The notes: generated by a model from the sequence alone, not told the origin. A stretch of DNA of 64,000 nt from Candidatus Babeliales bacterium (GCA_963743635.1 CAVUQO010000002.1:384001-448000), one strand, 5' to 3'; shown: positions 1 through 11,014, counted from the first letter of the stretch. Translations and numbers: made by a program.

Positions 1-2225
1 GTGGCCATTGCAATCGCTTGATAATCGTAGGCTGTTTCTTTGAGTTCTTTGAGCGATTTGAGATGCTGCGCGTGCTGCGTTGCAAGATTCTTTAACTTCT
101 CAGCCTGATTTTCAAGGCTTCCCTTCAGTTGGAGCAGACCTTCTTTATGGTGCTGTAACGTGCGCATTTCTTGCGCGAGCGTATTTTTGGTGAGTAGCAG
201 ATCCCTCTCTTCATCAACCAATGATGCATAGGCTGCATGTGCAGTGGTCAATTCTCTGATTTTATGACGCAGTTCCTTGAGTGCTACACATACTGCTTTG
301 ACTGTTTCGAAGCGTTGATCTTGCAGCTGAATTTCTTTTTTAATGCCCTCATAGTGCATTAATTTTTGCTCAATATCTTGGAGTTTTTTGCGATATTCTG
401 CATGTTTTTTTTCATCGTATGCCAATGATTGAAGCGCTTGCTCGATCTGCTTGTAGACCATGTAACTGCTCTTTGTGGAGCGGATGATCTTGAAGGCCTT
501 CTTCATGGTGAGTGTTATGGCGGCAACCTGCGCGGTTTCTTGTTGAATCTTTGTCGTGAATTCCGCGGTGAGTTGCATATGTTTTACCTGATTGGCTTGC
601 AGCTCAGTTAGCGTGAGTTCAAGGGCAGTTTTTTGTTTGGCTAACTGCTCAATGGTAACGCGTGTAACTTTCAGATCATTACTGAGTTGTTGGTGCGCTT
701 TGATCGTTTCATGCTGTTCGACGAGTATTGTTTTCAAACGCGTGATAAGCGTGCGCAGGCGATTAAGGCGATGATGATAAAATGATTCTTGTTTGGTGAA
801 CTGATCTTTTAAAAATCGTTTGCGTGATACCGATAAATTTTGTTCACATAATGGACAGCTTGGATTGGCAGTATCATCAGCGAGCGCATGCTTTTGCGAA
901 AGGCCGTCTAATTCCTGTTTTATGAGATTACCTTCGGCAATAAAGCGCTGATAATATTCCTTGCGCTTGGTAAATTGTGCCTCCATAACAACAAGATCTT
1001 TTTCTGTGAGCGTTGCCGACTGTTCTTTTTTGGCGAGCTCTGCAATCTGTTTGGTAAGGCTTGTTTGCTCGTTTTGGGCGGTGAGTTGTTGTTTGCCAAT
1101 TTCTTGCAATGCCTTTTCATTGGCGGTCGATTCCAACTTTAATCGCTCGAGTATGAGCGTTTGTTCCTGCAGGGCAGTTGCTTGTTCTTGCTGTACCGTT
1201 TGCTCGATTTTCTGCAGGCCTTCCCTTGCTTTTAAAAGCTGTTCTCTTAATTGCAACTGCTTTTGCAGCTGATCTTGATACATGAAAAGAATCTCTGAAG
1301 TTTGTTTTCGTTCACTTTCGATATCTTCAATCTGCGGCAATGACCAGTAGGTTTTATTAACGGTGCGCCATTGGGCACGAGTAGTGCGCAGCTGCGTTAA
1401 TAATTTTTGTTCCTGTTCGATGTGTTGCTGATGCGTTACTTGCAATGCATGAAACTCTTTTTGTTGTGTAACGAGTGCAGCCTGCTTTTTTTCGAGTTCT
1501 TGCGTCCGCTGTGCAAAGGCGGTTTCTTGTTGAGCAATACAGTTTAAAGTCTCGATTGAGGATTTGATTTCTTGCTGAATAGCGGGCGTTTGCTCGAGTT
1601 CTTTTGAGATTGCTTCATCAAGACGTTCAATCATTTGATATTGTGCGACGGTGTCTCGTATTTTATCCATCGCGAGCCGTTTGATCGTATCATATTGATC
1701 AAGACCGAGTATGGAAGCGAGAATTTCTTTCCGCTCTTTGGGCGATTTTTTTGAGAATTCATTTGCTGATCCCTGGCGTAAAAATGCAGAGTTGCTGAAT
1801 GCATCAAAAGAAAGATGTAAGGTTTGTTCAATCTTCTCTTGCGTGTCGCGAATAGTTTTGCCCGTGAGCGGAATGATACTATTTTTTTCGGCATCGAGAA
1901 GACCGAATTCAAGCCCTGCAAGGGGTTTGCCGTACGTGATCGCAAATTCACGGCGTACACGATAGAGTTGGTTGTTGAATTCAAAATCAAAGATCACCAT
2001 CATCTGCGTTTGCCCAAGGTGCACGAGTCCTTGATCTGCTTTTACCGTTGCGGATGTTTTGCGCGCTTGGCCCCATAATGCCCAGGTGATGGCATCTAAT
2101 AATGCAGATTTGCCGTGTCCGTTTTTACCCGACAGGCAGATGAGTGGATAGTTTGAAAACTCGATCGTTTGTAACGTCGGCCCGTAACTGAGAAAATTTT
2201 TGAGTTGTAGTCGTACTGGAATCAT
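1..2225 (-). CDS. sbcC: SbcC/Rad50-like SMC ATPase (3'-truncated by window edge)
   Basis: Hand translation from ATG 2225: MIPVRLQLKNFLSYG...Walker A GKNGHGKS, long coiled coil, in-frame zinc hook CPLC at about 846-857. Absent from the ORF track, consistent with no stop in the window. Confidence 0.9.
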   Translation of the reverse strand, partial: MIPVRLQLKNFLSYGPTLQTIEFSNYPLICLSGKNGHGKSALLDAITWALWGQARKTSATVKADQGLVHLGQTQMMVIFDFEFNNQLYRVRREFAITYGKPLAGLEFGLLDAEKNSIIPLTGKTIRDTQEKIEQTLHLSFDAFSNSAFLRQGSANEFSKKSPKERKEILASILGLDQYDTIKRLAMDKIRDTVAQYQMIERLDEAISKELEQTPAIQQEIKSSIETLNCIAQQETAFAQRTQELEKKQAALVTQQKEFHALQVTHQQHIEQEQKLLTQLRTTRAQWRTVNKTYWSLPQIEDIESERKQTSEILFMYQDQLQKQLQLREQLLKAREGLQKIEQTVQQEQATALQEQTLILERLKLESTANEKALQEIGKQQLTAQNEQTSLTKQIAELAKKEQSATLTEKDLVVMEAQFTKRKEYYQRFIAEGNLIKQELDGLSQKHALADDTANPSCPLCEQNLSVSRKRFLKDQFTKQESFYHHRLNRLRTLITRLKTILVEQHETIKAHQQLSNDLKVTRVTIEQLAKQKTALELTLTELQANQVKHMQLTAEFTTKIQQETAQVAAITLTMKKAFKIIRSTKSSYMVYKQIEQALQSLAYDEKKHAEYRKKLQDIEQKLMHYEGIKKEIQLQDQRFETVKAVCVALKELRHKIRELTTAHAAYASLVDEERDLLLTKNTLAQEMRTLQHHKEGLLQLKGSLENQAEKLKNLATQHAQHLKSLKELKETAYDYQAIAMA

Positions 2226-2384
2226 GTTTTTATGCCCTTTTATTGTATGCAGTAGTGTAACACGTGTATATCGAAGGGGGAATAACAAACTTTATATTTT
2301 TTAGTGCTATAATCGTATACAATAATCTTCAACATGAGCAATACGTGAAAATAATAAGAAACTAAAGAGATTGTTATTATTGTG

Positions 2385-2530
2385 TTCCGTTACCCGTTCG
2401 AGACGTTCTTCATCCCGCTTTGCGAGATTCAGAACCCTCAGGGCGAACGGAAAAAATATCCATTCCCCGTTCGCCCTGAGGATTTTTCGACCCTTTAGGA
2501 GAGAAAAATATCGAATGGGTTAGGGGATAA
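2385..2530. repeat. Paired inverted REP-like element (CTCAGGGCGAACGG / CCGTTCGCCCTGAG)
   Basis: Inverted arms; closely related copy at about 42335-42472. Confidence 0.8.
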
Positions 2531-2609
2531 AAGTAATATTGTTATAGATATGTGTGAATTTTATAATTTGCTCAGACTTAATGAATATGATTAGAAATCA
2601 GGAAAAATT

Positions 2610-4013
2610 ATGATAGATGCTATATTTCGTGAATATGATATTCGAGGCAAGGTTGGATCTGAACTTATTATCGATCAGGTCTATGATCTTGGCCGTGCAG
2701 TAGCCTACTATTTTGTAGAGCATAATCCGCATGTGCGTACGGTCGTAGTTGGTATGGATGGTCGGACGCATTCACCGGCAATTAAAGATGAGCTCGTGCG
2801 TGGCTTACGTGATTCAGGATTGGACGTACTGTTTGTTGGGTTATGTCCATCACCGGCTCTTTATTTTGCCTTATATACGCGTGATGTGCAGGCAGGCCTC
2901 ATGATCACGGCTTCTCATAATCCAGGAGAATACAATGGATTTAAGATTTGCTTAGGTAAAGATTCAGTGTGGGGGACGCAAGTTGCCGTTATTCGTGATT
3001 TATATAAAGAGAAAAAAAGAATTAATGCTACGCGTGTCGGCGTCTTAAAAGAAGAACCGATTGTACCCGCTTATATTGCATGGCTGGTCAATCACTTTCC
3101 GAAACTCAAAGGTATGCCGTTATCGGTGGTAATCGATTGTGGTAACGGTGCAGGAGGAGCGGTAATTCCTGATTTAGTGCGTGCGATGGAGTGGCCGAAT
3201 ATAACATTGCTTTACTGCGAGGTTGATGGTACTTATCCGCATCATGAAGCCGATCCGGTAAAAGAAGAAAATATGCTCGATGTGAAACGTCTCTTGCTCG
3301 AAACGGACATTCAACTTGGTGTTGGCCTCGATGGTGATGCGGATCGCATGGTGGCGATGACAAAAAAAGGCTTCTTGGTTCCGGGCGATCAACTCTTGGC
3401 ATTATTTAGTCAGCAACTGCTTGCAAAAAAGCCCGGCAGTTCGATTGTATTCGATATCAAAAGTTCTTCAGGACTTGCAGAATTGATTACAAAATGGGGC
3501 GGAAAGCCGTTCATGTCTCCTTCAGGACATGCGATTGTAAAAGATCACATGCATCAGCATCATGCGCAGATTGGCGGTGAATTGAGTTGTCATTTTTTCT
3601 TTGAAGACGATTATTTTGGGTATGATGATGGCATTTATGCGATGCTTCGTTTATTTGCATTACTGCATGAAACGCATGAAACGCTTGATGCGCTCTTGAA
3701 AGTATTTCCTACAAAATATAGTTCGCGCGAAATACGCATTGCGTGTCCCGATGATAAAAAACATGCGATCGTAGAAGAGGTACGTGATTATTTTAGAAAA
3801 CGGCCCGACGTTTCTCTCATGGTCATCGATGGTGCGCGCGTTGCAACTGATTATGGCTGGGGTATTGTGCGCGTTTCTAATACGCAGCCAGCACTCAGCA
3901 TGCGCTTTGAAGCAAATACGCCAGAGGGATTGGTCAAAATAAAAGAAGAATTTCTTGCTGCATTAGCGCCACATTTTGATATAACTATCCTCAAAAAGGA
4001 ACTTGAGTTATAG
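2610..4013 (+). CDS. Phosphomannomutase/phosphoglucomutase
   Basis: IFREYDIRG, TASHNP phosphoserine loop, DGDADR, GELSCH motifs. Confidence 0.95.
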   Translation: MIDAIFREYDIRGKVGSELIIDQVYDLGRAVAYYFVEHNPHVRTVVVGMDGRTHSPAIKDELVRGLRDSGLDVLFVGLCPSPALYFALYTRDVQAGLMITASHNPGEYNGFKICLGKDSVWGTQVAVIRDLYKEKKRINATRVGVLKEEPIVPAYIAWLVNHFPKLKGMPLSVVIDCGNGAGGAVIPDLVRAMEWPNITLLYCEVDGTYPHHEADPVKEENMLDVKRLLLETDIQLGVGLDGDADRMVAMTKKGFLVPGDQLLALFSQQLLAKKPGSSIVFDIKSSSGLAELITKWGGKPFMSPSGHAIVKDHMHQHHAQIGGELSCHFFFEDDYFGYDDGIYAMLRLFALLHETHETLDALLKVFPTKYSSREIRIACPDDKKHAIVEEVRDYFRKRPDVSLMVIDGARVATDYGWGIVRVSNTQPALSMRFEANTPEGLVKIKEEFLAALAPHFDITILKKELEL

Positions 4014-4857
4014 GAATTCTACCGTGCGTGATATCGGATTACATTTACGAATGCAGAAAGAATTATGTGATGTGGCGCAGCGAGCCGTTGCGTTAACGTT
4101 ACCATTTTTCCAATGCTTTTTGCGTCCAATGGGTTCGAAAGAACCCATTTTTTTTAGCAAGGCCGATGTCGATCTTTTTTTAAGAGAGTATAGGCCAGCA
4201 TTTAATTCCTTGTATTTGCATGGTTCCTACTGGATCAATTTAGCAAATATTAGTCGCACAAAGCATCACATTCTTACCAAGGAATTGCAGTGGGCAAAAA
4301 AACTTTCGTTTACGCACATGATTTTACATCCTGGTTCTGCAAAGGGGGCAGTTGATCGGCAAGAGGGGATTGATGCATTAGCGCGTACCTTAAATGATAT
4401 CTTAAAGCGTGAGCATGATATCAAAATTGTGCTTGAAAATACGGCACACGGAAAAATGTCGATCGGCGGCAATATGCATGATTTTGCACATATTTTAGAA
4501 AAATTGGAGTGTCCGGATCGGGTGATGTTTTGTATCGATACTGCGCATGCATTTGCCTATGGCTATAATGTACGCGACCCTCAGGGGCAGGATGCATTCA
4601 TCGCTTTACTTGAAAAAACGATTGGTATTGAGCGTATTGCGCTTTTGCACGTCAATGACACCCATGAACATTTAGGATCGTGCATGGATCGGCATCATAT
4701 GATTGGCGATGGTGCCATTGGTGAGGAAGCATTGCGGCGTTTTGTCTTGCATCCGCAATTACACACTATTCCGATGCTCATGGAACCTCCTGTTATCACT
4801 TTTTCTGAAGAGCATGGTATGCTCAAAAAAGTTTTATCATGGCACACTGAAAAATAA
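4003..4857 (+). CDS. nfo: Endonuclease IV (AP endonuclease 2)
   Basis: HGSYWINL, HPGS, LENTA, CIDTAHAF, LHVND, DRH motifs. Confidence 0.9.
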   Translation: MSYRNSTVRDIGLHLRMQKELCDVAQRAVALTLPFFQCFLRPMGSKEPIFFSKADVDLFLREYRPAFNSLYLHGSYWINLANISRTKHHILTKELQWAKKLSFTHMILHPGSAKGAVDRQEGIDALARTLNDILKREHDIKIVLENTAHGKMSIGGNMHDFAHILEKLECPDRVMFCIDTAHAFAYGYNVRDPQGQDAFIALLEKTIGIERIALLHVNDTHEHLGSCMDRHHMIGDGAIGEEALRRFVLHPQLHTIPMLMEPPVITFSEEHGMLKKVLSWHTEK

Positions 4858-4868
4858 GGAGCAGTAAG

Positions 4869-5873
4869 ATGCGTATAGCAGTGAACGGTTTTGGCCGTAT
4901 AGGACGAAATTTTGTGCGAGCGCTTATGCAAGATGAGGAAGCACAAAAAAGCATTACACTGGTCGCCATTAATGTCGGGCCAGCAGATCCAGAATCAATC
5001 CCTTACATCTTTAAGTATGACACGCTAATGGGCATCTTTCCTGGTGCAGTACTGCTTGAAAATTCAATGCTCCATATTAATGGGCATACCATTAGTCTGT
5101 TAGCCGAAACATCACCTGAAAATATTGATTGGAGCATGCGTGATGTTGACTGGGTGGTTGATTGTAGCGGACACTTCACTCATCGCGATCAGGCAGTAAA
5201 GCATCTAGCTGCAGGAGCACGCGGCGTACTAATCTCTGCGCCAGCAAAAGACGAAGATATTACGATTATACCTGGCGTTAATGAATCAGCATTCAATCCT
5301 GAAAAACATCGTATTGTCTCACTCGGTAGTTGTACGACCAACGCATTATTGCCCCTCACCAAATGTATTCATGACGCATTTAAGATCACCCAGGGCTTTA
5401 TGACAACGGTGCATGCATACACCAACAGCCAGGTGCTTTTGGATGTGAGTGTACCAGGCGATGTACGTAGATCTCGTGCGGCTGCACTGAATATTATCCC
5501 AACCAGCACCGGCGCGATGAAGGTACTCGGCAAAGTAATGCCGGAATTGGATGGAAAAATCCAAGGAATCGCATTGCGCGTGCCAGTTGGTAAGGTTTCT
5601 ATTATCGATTTAGTGGTTAATACGCAAAAACCGATGACCGTTAATGCGATTCATGACGCAATACGTATTGCGAGTAATGGCGCTATGAAAGGCATTATGG
5701 ATCTTTCCAAGGAACCGCTCGTTTCGAGTGATTATAGTGGTAATGGGTATTCGGTTATCGTTGATGGCTTATTGACGGAGGCGGATGGCACCATGGCAAA
5801 AATAGTCGGCTGGTATGATAATGAATGGGCCTATAGTGTTCGGTTGAAGGACTTCCTTTTAAAAATTGCATAG
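4869..5873 (+). CDS. gap: Type I glyceraldehyde-3-phosphate dehydrogenase
   Basis: NGFGRIGR, SCTTN, WYDNE motifs. Confidence 0.95.
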   Translation: MRIAVNGFGRIGRNFVRALMQDEEAQKSITLVAINVGPADPESIPYIFKYDTLMGIFPGAVLLENSMLHINGHTISLLAETSPENIDWSMRDVDWVVDCSGHFTHRDQAVKHLAAGARGVLISAPAKDEDITIIPGVNESAFNPEKHRIVSLGSCTTNALLPLTKCIHDAFKITQGFMTTVHAYTNSQVLLDVSVPGDVRRSRAAALNIIPTSTGAMKVLGKVMPELDGKIQGIALRVPVGKVSIIDLVVNTQKPMTVNAIHDAIRIASNGAMKGIMDLSKEPLVSSDYSGNGYSVIVDGLLTEADGTMAKIVGWYDNEWAYSVRLKDFLLKIA

Positions 5874-5975
5874 CAATAACGTGAAATTTTGCTTCACAAC
5901 GAGGCTGTTTTGCTTTACTCTATAGTGGTCTACATCTTAGGTTAGATACGTATTTGAGCTTATAAAAATTATGGC

Positions 5976-6052
5976 GGGCCCATAGCTCAGTCGGTTAGAG
6001 CAATCGGCTCATAACCGAGAGGTCCCAGGTTCAAGTCCTGGTGGGCCCACCA
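5976..6052 (+). tRNA. tRNA with CAT anticodon, probably tRNA-Ile2 (lysidine)
   Basis: GGGCCCA acceptor stem, D-arm TAGCTCAGTCGGTTAGAGC, loop CTCATAA, GGTTCAAGTCC, 3' CCA. Ile2 versus Met is inferred from the acceptor stem. Confidence 0.88.
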
Positions 6053-6228
6053 GTCATTTTTCAATCCTCTTTAGCTGAGAGCTTTCTTCGCAGCGGATAA
6101 AAATGACTGGCGAGCCTGTCCTTCGAAGCTCGGTAACGAGCGAACTAGGGCCAGTTTTTTTAAGGATTTAAGATAAAACGCTTCGCATATGGTTGCCATG
6201 TGGAATGTCCAAAAAAAGCGGGAATCGT

Positions 6229-6972
6229 ATGATGAGCCAAAATCCATTCAAGCTATTTCTGAGTCTTGTAACATTCGATAATGAATTACGTGCACTCGAA
6301 GAAAAAATCATCCAGGTGCAGGACAAAAAAGAAGCTCTTATTGAGCAAAAAGACAAGCTAATCAGCGCCGTTGAACAGCTGAAAAAACAAGAGCATGACG
6401 TTCGCAAAGAAGTTGATATGCATGAACTGCATATGAAAGAGCTCGATGCAAAAGAGCAGTCAAAAAAACATCAATTAGATGATATCAATACTCCCAAAGA
6501 ATATACTCTTGTGAAACGTGAGATCGAAGCGATCAATCGTGAACAGCATGAGCATGAACATACGCTGATGCAGGTGTGGAACACCCTTGAATCAGTGCAT
6601 AAAACATTCGAAACCAAAGAGCATGAACTAGTCGGCGCGCTTGCCGCACTTGATACTGAGATTGCAGCATTGCAAGCGCAGGAAGATCAGATGGAAGCAT
6701 CTCATGAAGAAAGAATGGCGCATCGCAAAGAACATCTTGCGGGTATTCCAGAAGACTGGCTTGAGAAATATCGTGCGATGCAATCACGCGTTACTGATCC
6801 TGTGGTTCCTGTACAACAAGGAAGCTGCAGTGCGTGCTTTTATGATATTACTGAACAAAAATTAGTCGCATTAAAGCGGCATGCACTCTTGCAGTGCGAA
6901 GGATGCTATCGCTTTTTATATATGCCCGATAGAGCAGAAAATACCGAACAATCAGAGCATAAGGATAGTTAA
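6229..6972 (+). CDS. Coiled-coil C4-type zinc-ribbon protein (CT398/HP0958-like)
   Basis: Long coiled coil then CSAC...CEGC(YRFLY); lies upstream of RNase HI. Confidence 0.85.
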   Translation: MMSQNPFKLFLSLVTFDNELRALEEKIIQVQDKKEALIEQKDKLISAVEQLKKQEHDVRKEVDMHELHMKELDAKEQSKKHQLDDINTPKEYTLVKREIEAINREQHEHEHTLMQVWNTLESVHKTFETKEHELVGALAALDTEIAALQAQEDQMEASHEERMAHRKEHLAGIPEDWLEKYRAMQSRVTDPVVPVQQGSCSACFYDITEQKLVALKRHALLQCEGCYRFLYMPDRAENTEQSEHKDS

Positions 6973-6980
6973 CGCAGATC

Positions 6981-7463
6981 ATGGAATTGTCACATAAAAA
7001 AACTCACGCTCATTACTGGAAGCTGTACATCGATGGTGCATCGAGGAATAATCCCGGTGTATCTGGCGCTGGTGTCTATATTTTAAAAGATAATAAACCG
7101 GTTTTCATGAACGGTTATTTTCTTGGTATTAAAACTAATAATCAAGCCGAATATTTGGCTCTTTTATTGGGTCTTTATAATGTCGTATCGTTAATGGGTC
7201 CTGAAGATTTATTAATGATCATTTCCGATTCTCTCTTACTCGTGCGTCAATTGCAGGGTGCCTATGCGATTCGTAATGAATACATTCGTGTAGCGCATGG
7301 CGTTGCGCGGGAACTGCTCGCTGATATTCACTATGACGTTGGTCATGTGTTACGCGAAGAAAACAAACATGCTGATAAATTAGCCAATAAAGGTATTGAT
7401 GATAAAATCATGGTGCCGACAGAATTTTCGAACATTTTGCGAGCACATGGTATTTCGTTATAA
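6981..7463 (+). CDS. rnhA: Ribonuclease HI family protein
   Basis: DGASRNNPG, TNNQAEY, SDS, REENKHADKLAN. Confidence 0.9.
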   Translation: MELSHKKTHAHYWKLYIDGASRNNPGVSGAGVYILKDNKPVFMNGYFLGIKTNNQAEYLALLLGLYNVVSLMGPEDLLMIISDSLLLVRQLQGAYAIRNEYIRVAHGVARELLADIHYDVGHVLREENKHADKLANKGIDDKIMVPTEFSNILRAHGISL

Positions 7464-8706
7464 CTTTTTTATTTATCTTCTGAGTGGACTCATTGCAGCG
7501 CAGTGTGTCTCAATCCACGCTGTAAAAAAACCGTCTTTAAAAGAACGAGCACAAGATGTAGATGCAGACATTAGTTATGACATCGCATCACATGATGCCG
7601 CACCTTCTGATAACCCACCCGAATATAAAAAAGAACGCACGTGCAACGTTCGTATTCTACTCGATGAACATGATCGTTCTGCTAAAGGTTCATGGGATTT
7701 TGAGAGTGATGAAGGGTTTGCGCTCAGTGATGAGCTCGTGCCTGTGCGTAGTATGAGCCATGATGATCGTGTTTTAACGATTAGCCATGCGCGTGGTTCA
7801 CTCTATCTGAACGGCCGTCGTTGCACCAAAAAAAAGCTGCATATTATTCCACGTGATGGAAAAATCACCAATGACGATCGCAGCTATCACGGCTCAATGT
7901 TGATTGTTGCCCATGAGCAATCATGGCTGCTGATTAACATGATCGATTTAGAAGAATATATCTATTCAGTACTCCAAACTGAAAGTTGGCCCGGATGGCC
8001 ACTTGAGGTGAATAAAGCATTTGCCATTACCTCTCGTACGTATGCAATCGCCATGATGTTACGCTCAAATGCTAACAAGCTCCCCTATCATTTACGCAAT
8101 ACCAATGCGCATCAAACCTATCAAGGGGTGCACAGCAATACTGATCTTTGGCGCGCAGTTGATCACACCAAGGGATTATTTATTGGCTATGAAAACAAGC
8201 CTATCCTGGCCATGTTTGATGCATGCTGTGGCGGCATTATTCCTGCACACATTAAAGATTTTGATTTTCGAAAAGCGCCTTATCTTGCGCGAGAATATGC
8301 CTGTACTCATTGCAAGCGCTGCAAGATCTATAATTGGGACGTTGAGTATGATCTGAGCGATTTTGAAAAAATTATCAAAAATGAATATCCCCATCTGAGT
8401 AAGATTAAAAAAATCGAAATTACCAAGCGTGATAAGGCCGGTTTGACGCACACCGTCAATATCGTCGGCCATAAAAATAAACAATCTATTACCGGAAAAA
8501 AATTCTATTCCTTGCTCAAGGATGTAAAAAGTTTTGCGTATGACATTCATATGCGCGAAGATATGGTCCATATCAAAGGCACCGGCTATGGCCATCATTT
8601 GGGCCTATGTCAATGGGGCGCGCGCGAAATGGTGCGCGATGGCTCCGATTATCGTTCGGTTTTACGCTTCTATTATCCAGGCACTTGTTTCATGACGCTG
8701 GTATAG
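7447..8706 (+). CDS. SpoIID/LytB domain protein
   Basis: LEEYIYSV..E, KAFAITSRTY, QTYQG, GYGHHLGLCQWGA, LRFYYPG; N-terminal hydrophobic segment. Confidence 0.9.
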   Translation: MVFRYNFFIYLLSGLIAAQCVSIHAVKKPSLKERAQDVDADISYDIASHDAAPSDNPPEYKKERTCNVRILLDEHDRSAKGSWDFESDEGFALSDELVPVRSMSHDDRVLTISHARGSLYLNGRRCTKKKLHIIPRDGKITNDDRSYHGSMLIVAHEQSWLLINMIDLEEYIYSVLQTESWPGWPLEVNKAFAITSRTYAIAMMLRSNANKLPYHLRNTNAHQTYQGVHSNTDLWRAVDHTKGLFIGYENKPILAMFDACCGGIIPAHIKDFDFRKAPYLAREYACTHCKRCKIYNWDVEYDLSDFEKIIKNEYPHLSKIKKIEITKRDKAGLTHTVNIVGHKNKQSITGKKFYSLLKDVKSFAYDIHMREDMVHIKGTGYGHHLGLCQWGAREMVRDGSDYRSVLRFYYPGTCFMTLV

Positions 8707-8815
8707 CCCTTCCGTCTTCGCCAAGGCTTAGCCGGACACAGTCGTGAGGGCCTGACGGCACTTCTCCCAGCCTTCGCATAAAGCTTCGGCGGGCGCAGCA
8801 GGATGAGCGAAAATC
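8706..8815. repeat. Nested REP-like palindrome cluster
   Basis: CCCTTC-CGTCTTCGCCAAGGCT...GGACACAGTC and CCTTCGCATAAAGCTTCGGCGGGC...CAGGATGAGCG modules recur elsewhere in the window. Confidence 0.7.
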
Positions 8816-8823
8816 TTAAAAAT

Positions 8824-8859
8824 AAAAAAGCCCCCGGATTAATTTCCGAGGGCTTTTTT
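8824..8859. terminator. Bidirectional intrinsic terminator
   Basis: A-run, GC hairpin, T-run between convergent genes. Confidence 0.75.
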
Positions 8860-8891
8860 ATTTTAGAATGAGAATCTAAATTCTTTGATTT

Positions 8892-9770
8892 TTATTCCTT
8901 GTTGCTCTTGAGTGCATTGCAGCGTTCTGTAATTGCCGTAGTCAAAAGAGAAGACATTTTGTCCACTAAATGATTCACGCTTTCGTTATGAGCGAGTAAT
9001 TCTTCAAGACTAAGAGTTTTTTGTGGAGCCTGACTACTTGAGGAACCATTGTTGGGTGCAGTAGCAACAGGTGCTGCAGAGGTTGCAGTTGGCTGAGCAT
9101 TATTGTTGTTATTATTCTTTTTTGCAGGAATCATTGCTTGCAATACGAGTGCATCACGTTGCATTTTGAGGTTCGCAAGTTGTACTTTGAACATAGTCAT
9201 TTGAAGAAGTTCCAAAAGTTGTTGCTTTTCTTCTTCAGGCGTTAGTTTCTTTGTTTACTGTTTTGCTTCTCGTGGTGCTTGCGAACTTTCTCCTTTTTCC
9301 ATATTGGTAGGCGCTCGCGTTGTTTTCAGTTGGAGGAGTTTGTCTCTGCGTGTGGTATTGCTATTTTTGAAAAATTCCCGCGTCGTTCTTCGAAGCTCTT
9401 TGGCCACGAGGGAATACGCTTGAGCGAGATATTGTCCATTTTCGTTAATTAATTGTGCTGTTTCTTCGCTTGTGTCAACACCTGCTGCGGCGATCATTGC
9501 GGAGGTAGTGGATAGTATAGATTCTGCACGTGTGGATTGCTCACGCAAGGGGGTAGCCTCGATTGAACCTTCTGGAGAAAATAGTGTTATTAGTTCGAGG
9601 TTTCTTTGGATCGCGATTGCTTGCAGGCATTGGAGGGTGAGCCGTAGCTGCATGGAATCGGACATTACTTCTTGCGGTGCTTGTAAAATTTCGCCTTTTT
9701 CCATAGCGCGCATGGAAGAAGTGCTGAGAAGAATGAGCAGAGATAATGATAATAGGCGTGCGTGTTTCAT
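8892..9770 (-). pseudogene. Secreted helical protein split by one in-frame TAA (9255-9257)
   Basis: ORFs 9255-9770 and 8892-9215 are in the same frame: ...REAKQ*TKKLTPEEEKQQLLELLQ...; signal peptide ends SMRA|MEK. Confidence 0.6.
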
Positions 9771-9944
9771 GGTTTTTCCTTCATGAATATCTTGTACTAT
9801 GTTGGTTGTTTTGCGTGTCTAGTGTAACAGAGAGTGATTTGTTTGTGTAGCAAGATGGTTGTTGTTTTGCGCTTTTATTATCCAAGCACTTGTATCATGA
9901 CGCTGGTATAGCGATTCTGACTTTGTCCATAGCGGGATTTCATT

Positions 9945-10090
9945 TTTCCGTCCTGATCGAAGGCCCAGAGGGGCCAAAGTTGAAGGATGATAAGGATATA
10001 AATAGGTGTTCGAATCCTTCAACAGCGCTCGCCCTTCGACCCTTCGACAGGCTCAGGGCTCAGGGGCTGCTTCGCTCAGGACGAACAGAG
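9945..10090. repeat. REP-like cluster (CCCTTCGACAGGCTCAGGG...CTCAGGACGAAC)
   Basis: Inverted REP-like arms with nested modules. Confidence 0.7.
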
Positions 10091-10135
10091 ATTGTTCGTA
10101 TACTTGTTTCATGAAGTTGATATCAGATATCCTGG

Positions 10136-10521
10136 TTAATGCGAACTGGATCTAAGAAGCGTTCATTACGAGATGGTGTTTTTATTATAAAAATAAGTAA
10201 AATTTCCTCCTCCGTTCGTCTCGAGTGATGCTATCCAGAACGTAGTGAGGGAGAGCATTGTGCGAGAGATATTAATCAGATAAATCCCTTTTTTAAAGGA
10301 ACGGAATGCATAGAAGCTTTATAAGGAATATTATTTTATCCACAATCTCTCGCACATTTTCCTCCATCACTATGTTCAGGATGAAAACACTCCCATGCTT
10401 CGCTAAGGCTACGCAGGGCACGCGAGACGACTGCGTCCGGCGTAGTTCCGTGAGGAACGTAGACGGAACGGGAAAGGGAATAACTTATTAAATATTAACT
10501 TTATTACGTCGAGTTCGCGTT
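10136..10521. mobile_element. MITE-like element bounded by ~18-20 bp inverted repeats, enclosing REP pair
   Basis: Left TTAATGCGAACTGGATCTAAG, right TTACGTCGAGTTCGCGTT; relatives at about 30899-31215, 58340 and 60121-60420. Confidence 0.6.
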
Positions 10522-10546
10522 GGTTAAAAAAGGATAAAGGAGATGT

Positions 10547-11014
10547 ATGCCTGGTTACAGACAACATTTAGTAGGTGGTGCAGTTGCCTATCTTTCATTG
10601 CTATTACTCTGTTCGTGGCTGAATCCAACGTTCACCACCGCGATCGAGTGGTTGGGATTTTGTTTGATTGGGTCACTGTTTCCCGATATTGATATCGGCA
10701 GTAAAGGAAGATATGTATTTTATCGTATCTTCCTTATTTTTTTACTCGTGTTTCTGGTGCGGCAAAATACCATGGCGCTCTGCCTTCTGGGCGTACTCAT
10801 GATCTTGCCGATGCTGGTTTCGCATCGTGGATTATTCCATCGATGGTGGTTTGTAACGGGATTGCCGTTTGCGGTTGCTGGGCTTTGTAGTTGTTCGTTT
10901 GCAACGTGTCAAGATGCTTTCATGCTTGATGCATTTTTCTTCGCCGCAGGCGCATTATCACATTTATATCTTGATTTAGGATTGCGCAAAATGATGCGTG
11001 TACGCTCCCGTTAA
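10547..11014 (+). CDS. Membrane-bound metal-dependent hydrolase (YdjM-like)
   Basis: H near N-terminus, FPDID, HRGLFH, SHLYLD; multiple TM segments. Confidence 0.8.
   Translation: MPGYRQHLVGGAVAYLSLLLLCSWLNPTFTTAIEWLGFCLIGSLFPDIDIGSKGRYVFYRIFLIFLLVFLVRQNTMALCLLGVLMILPMLVSHRGLFHRWWFVTGLPFAVAGLCSCSFATCQDAFMLDAFFFAAGALSHLYLDLGLRKMMRVRSR

Noticed and set aside
429..2078. Multiple short ORFs in the ORF track
   Set aside because: They are shadow ORFs overlapping the minus-strand sbcC gene.
9819..10491. Short ORFs over REP/MITE regions (also 30787-31005 and 60008-60361)
   Set aside because: They are translations of repeat DNA with no RBS or coding signature.
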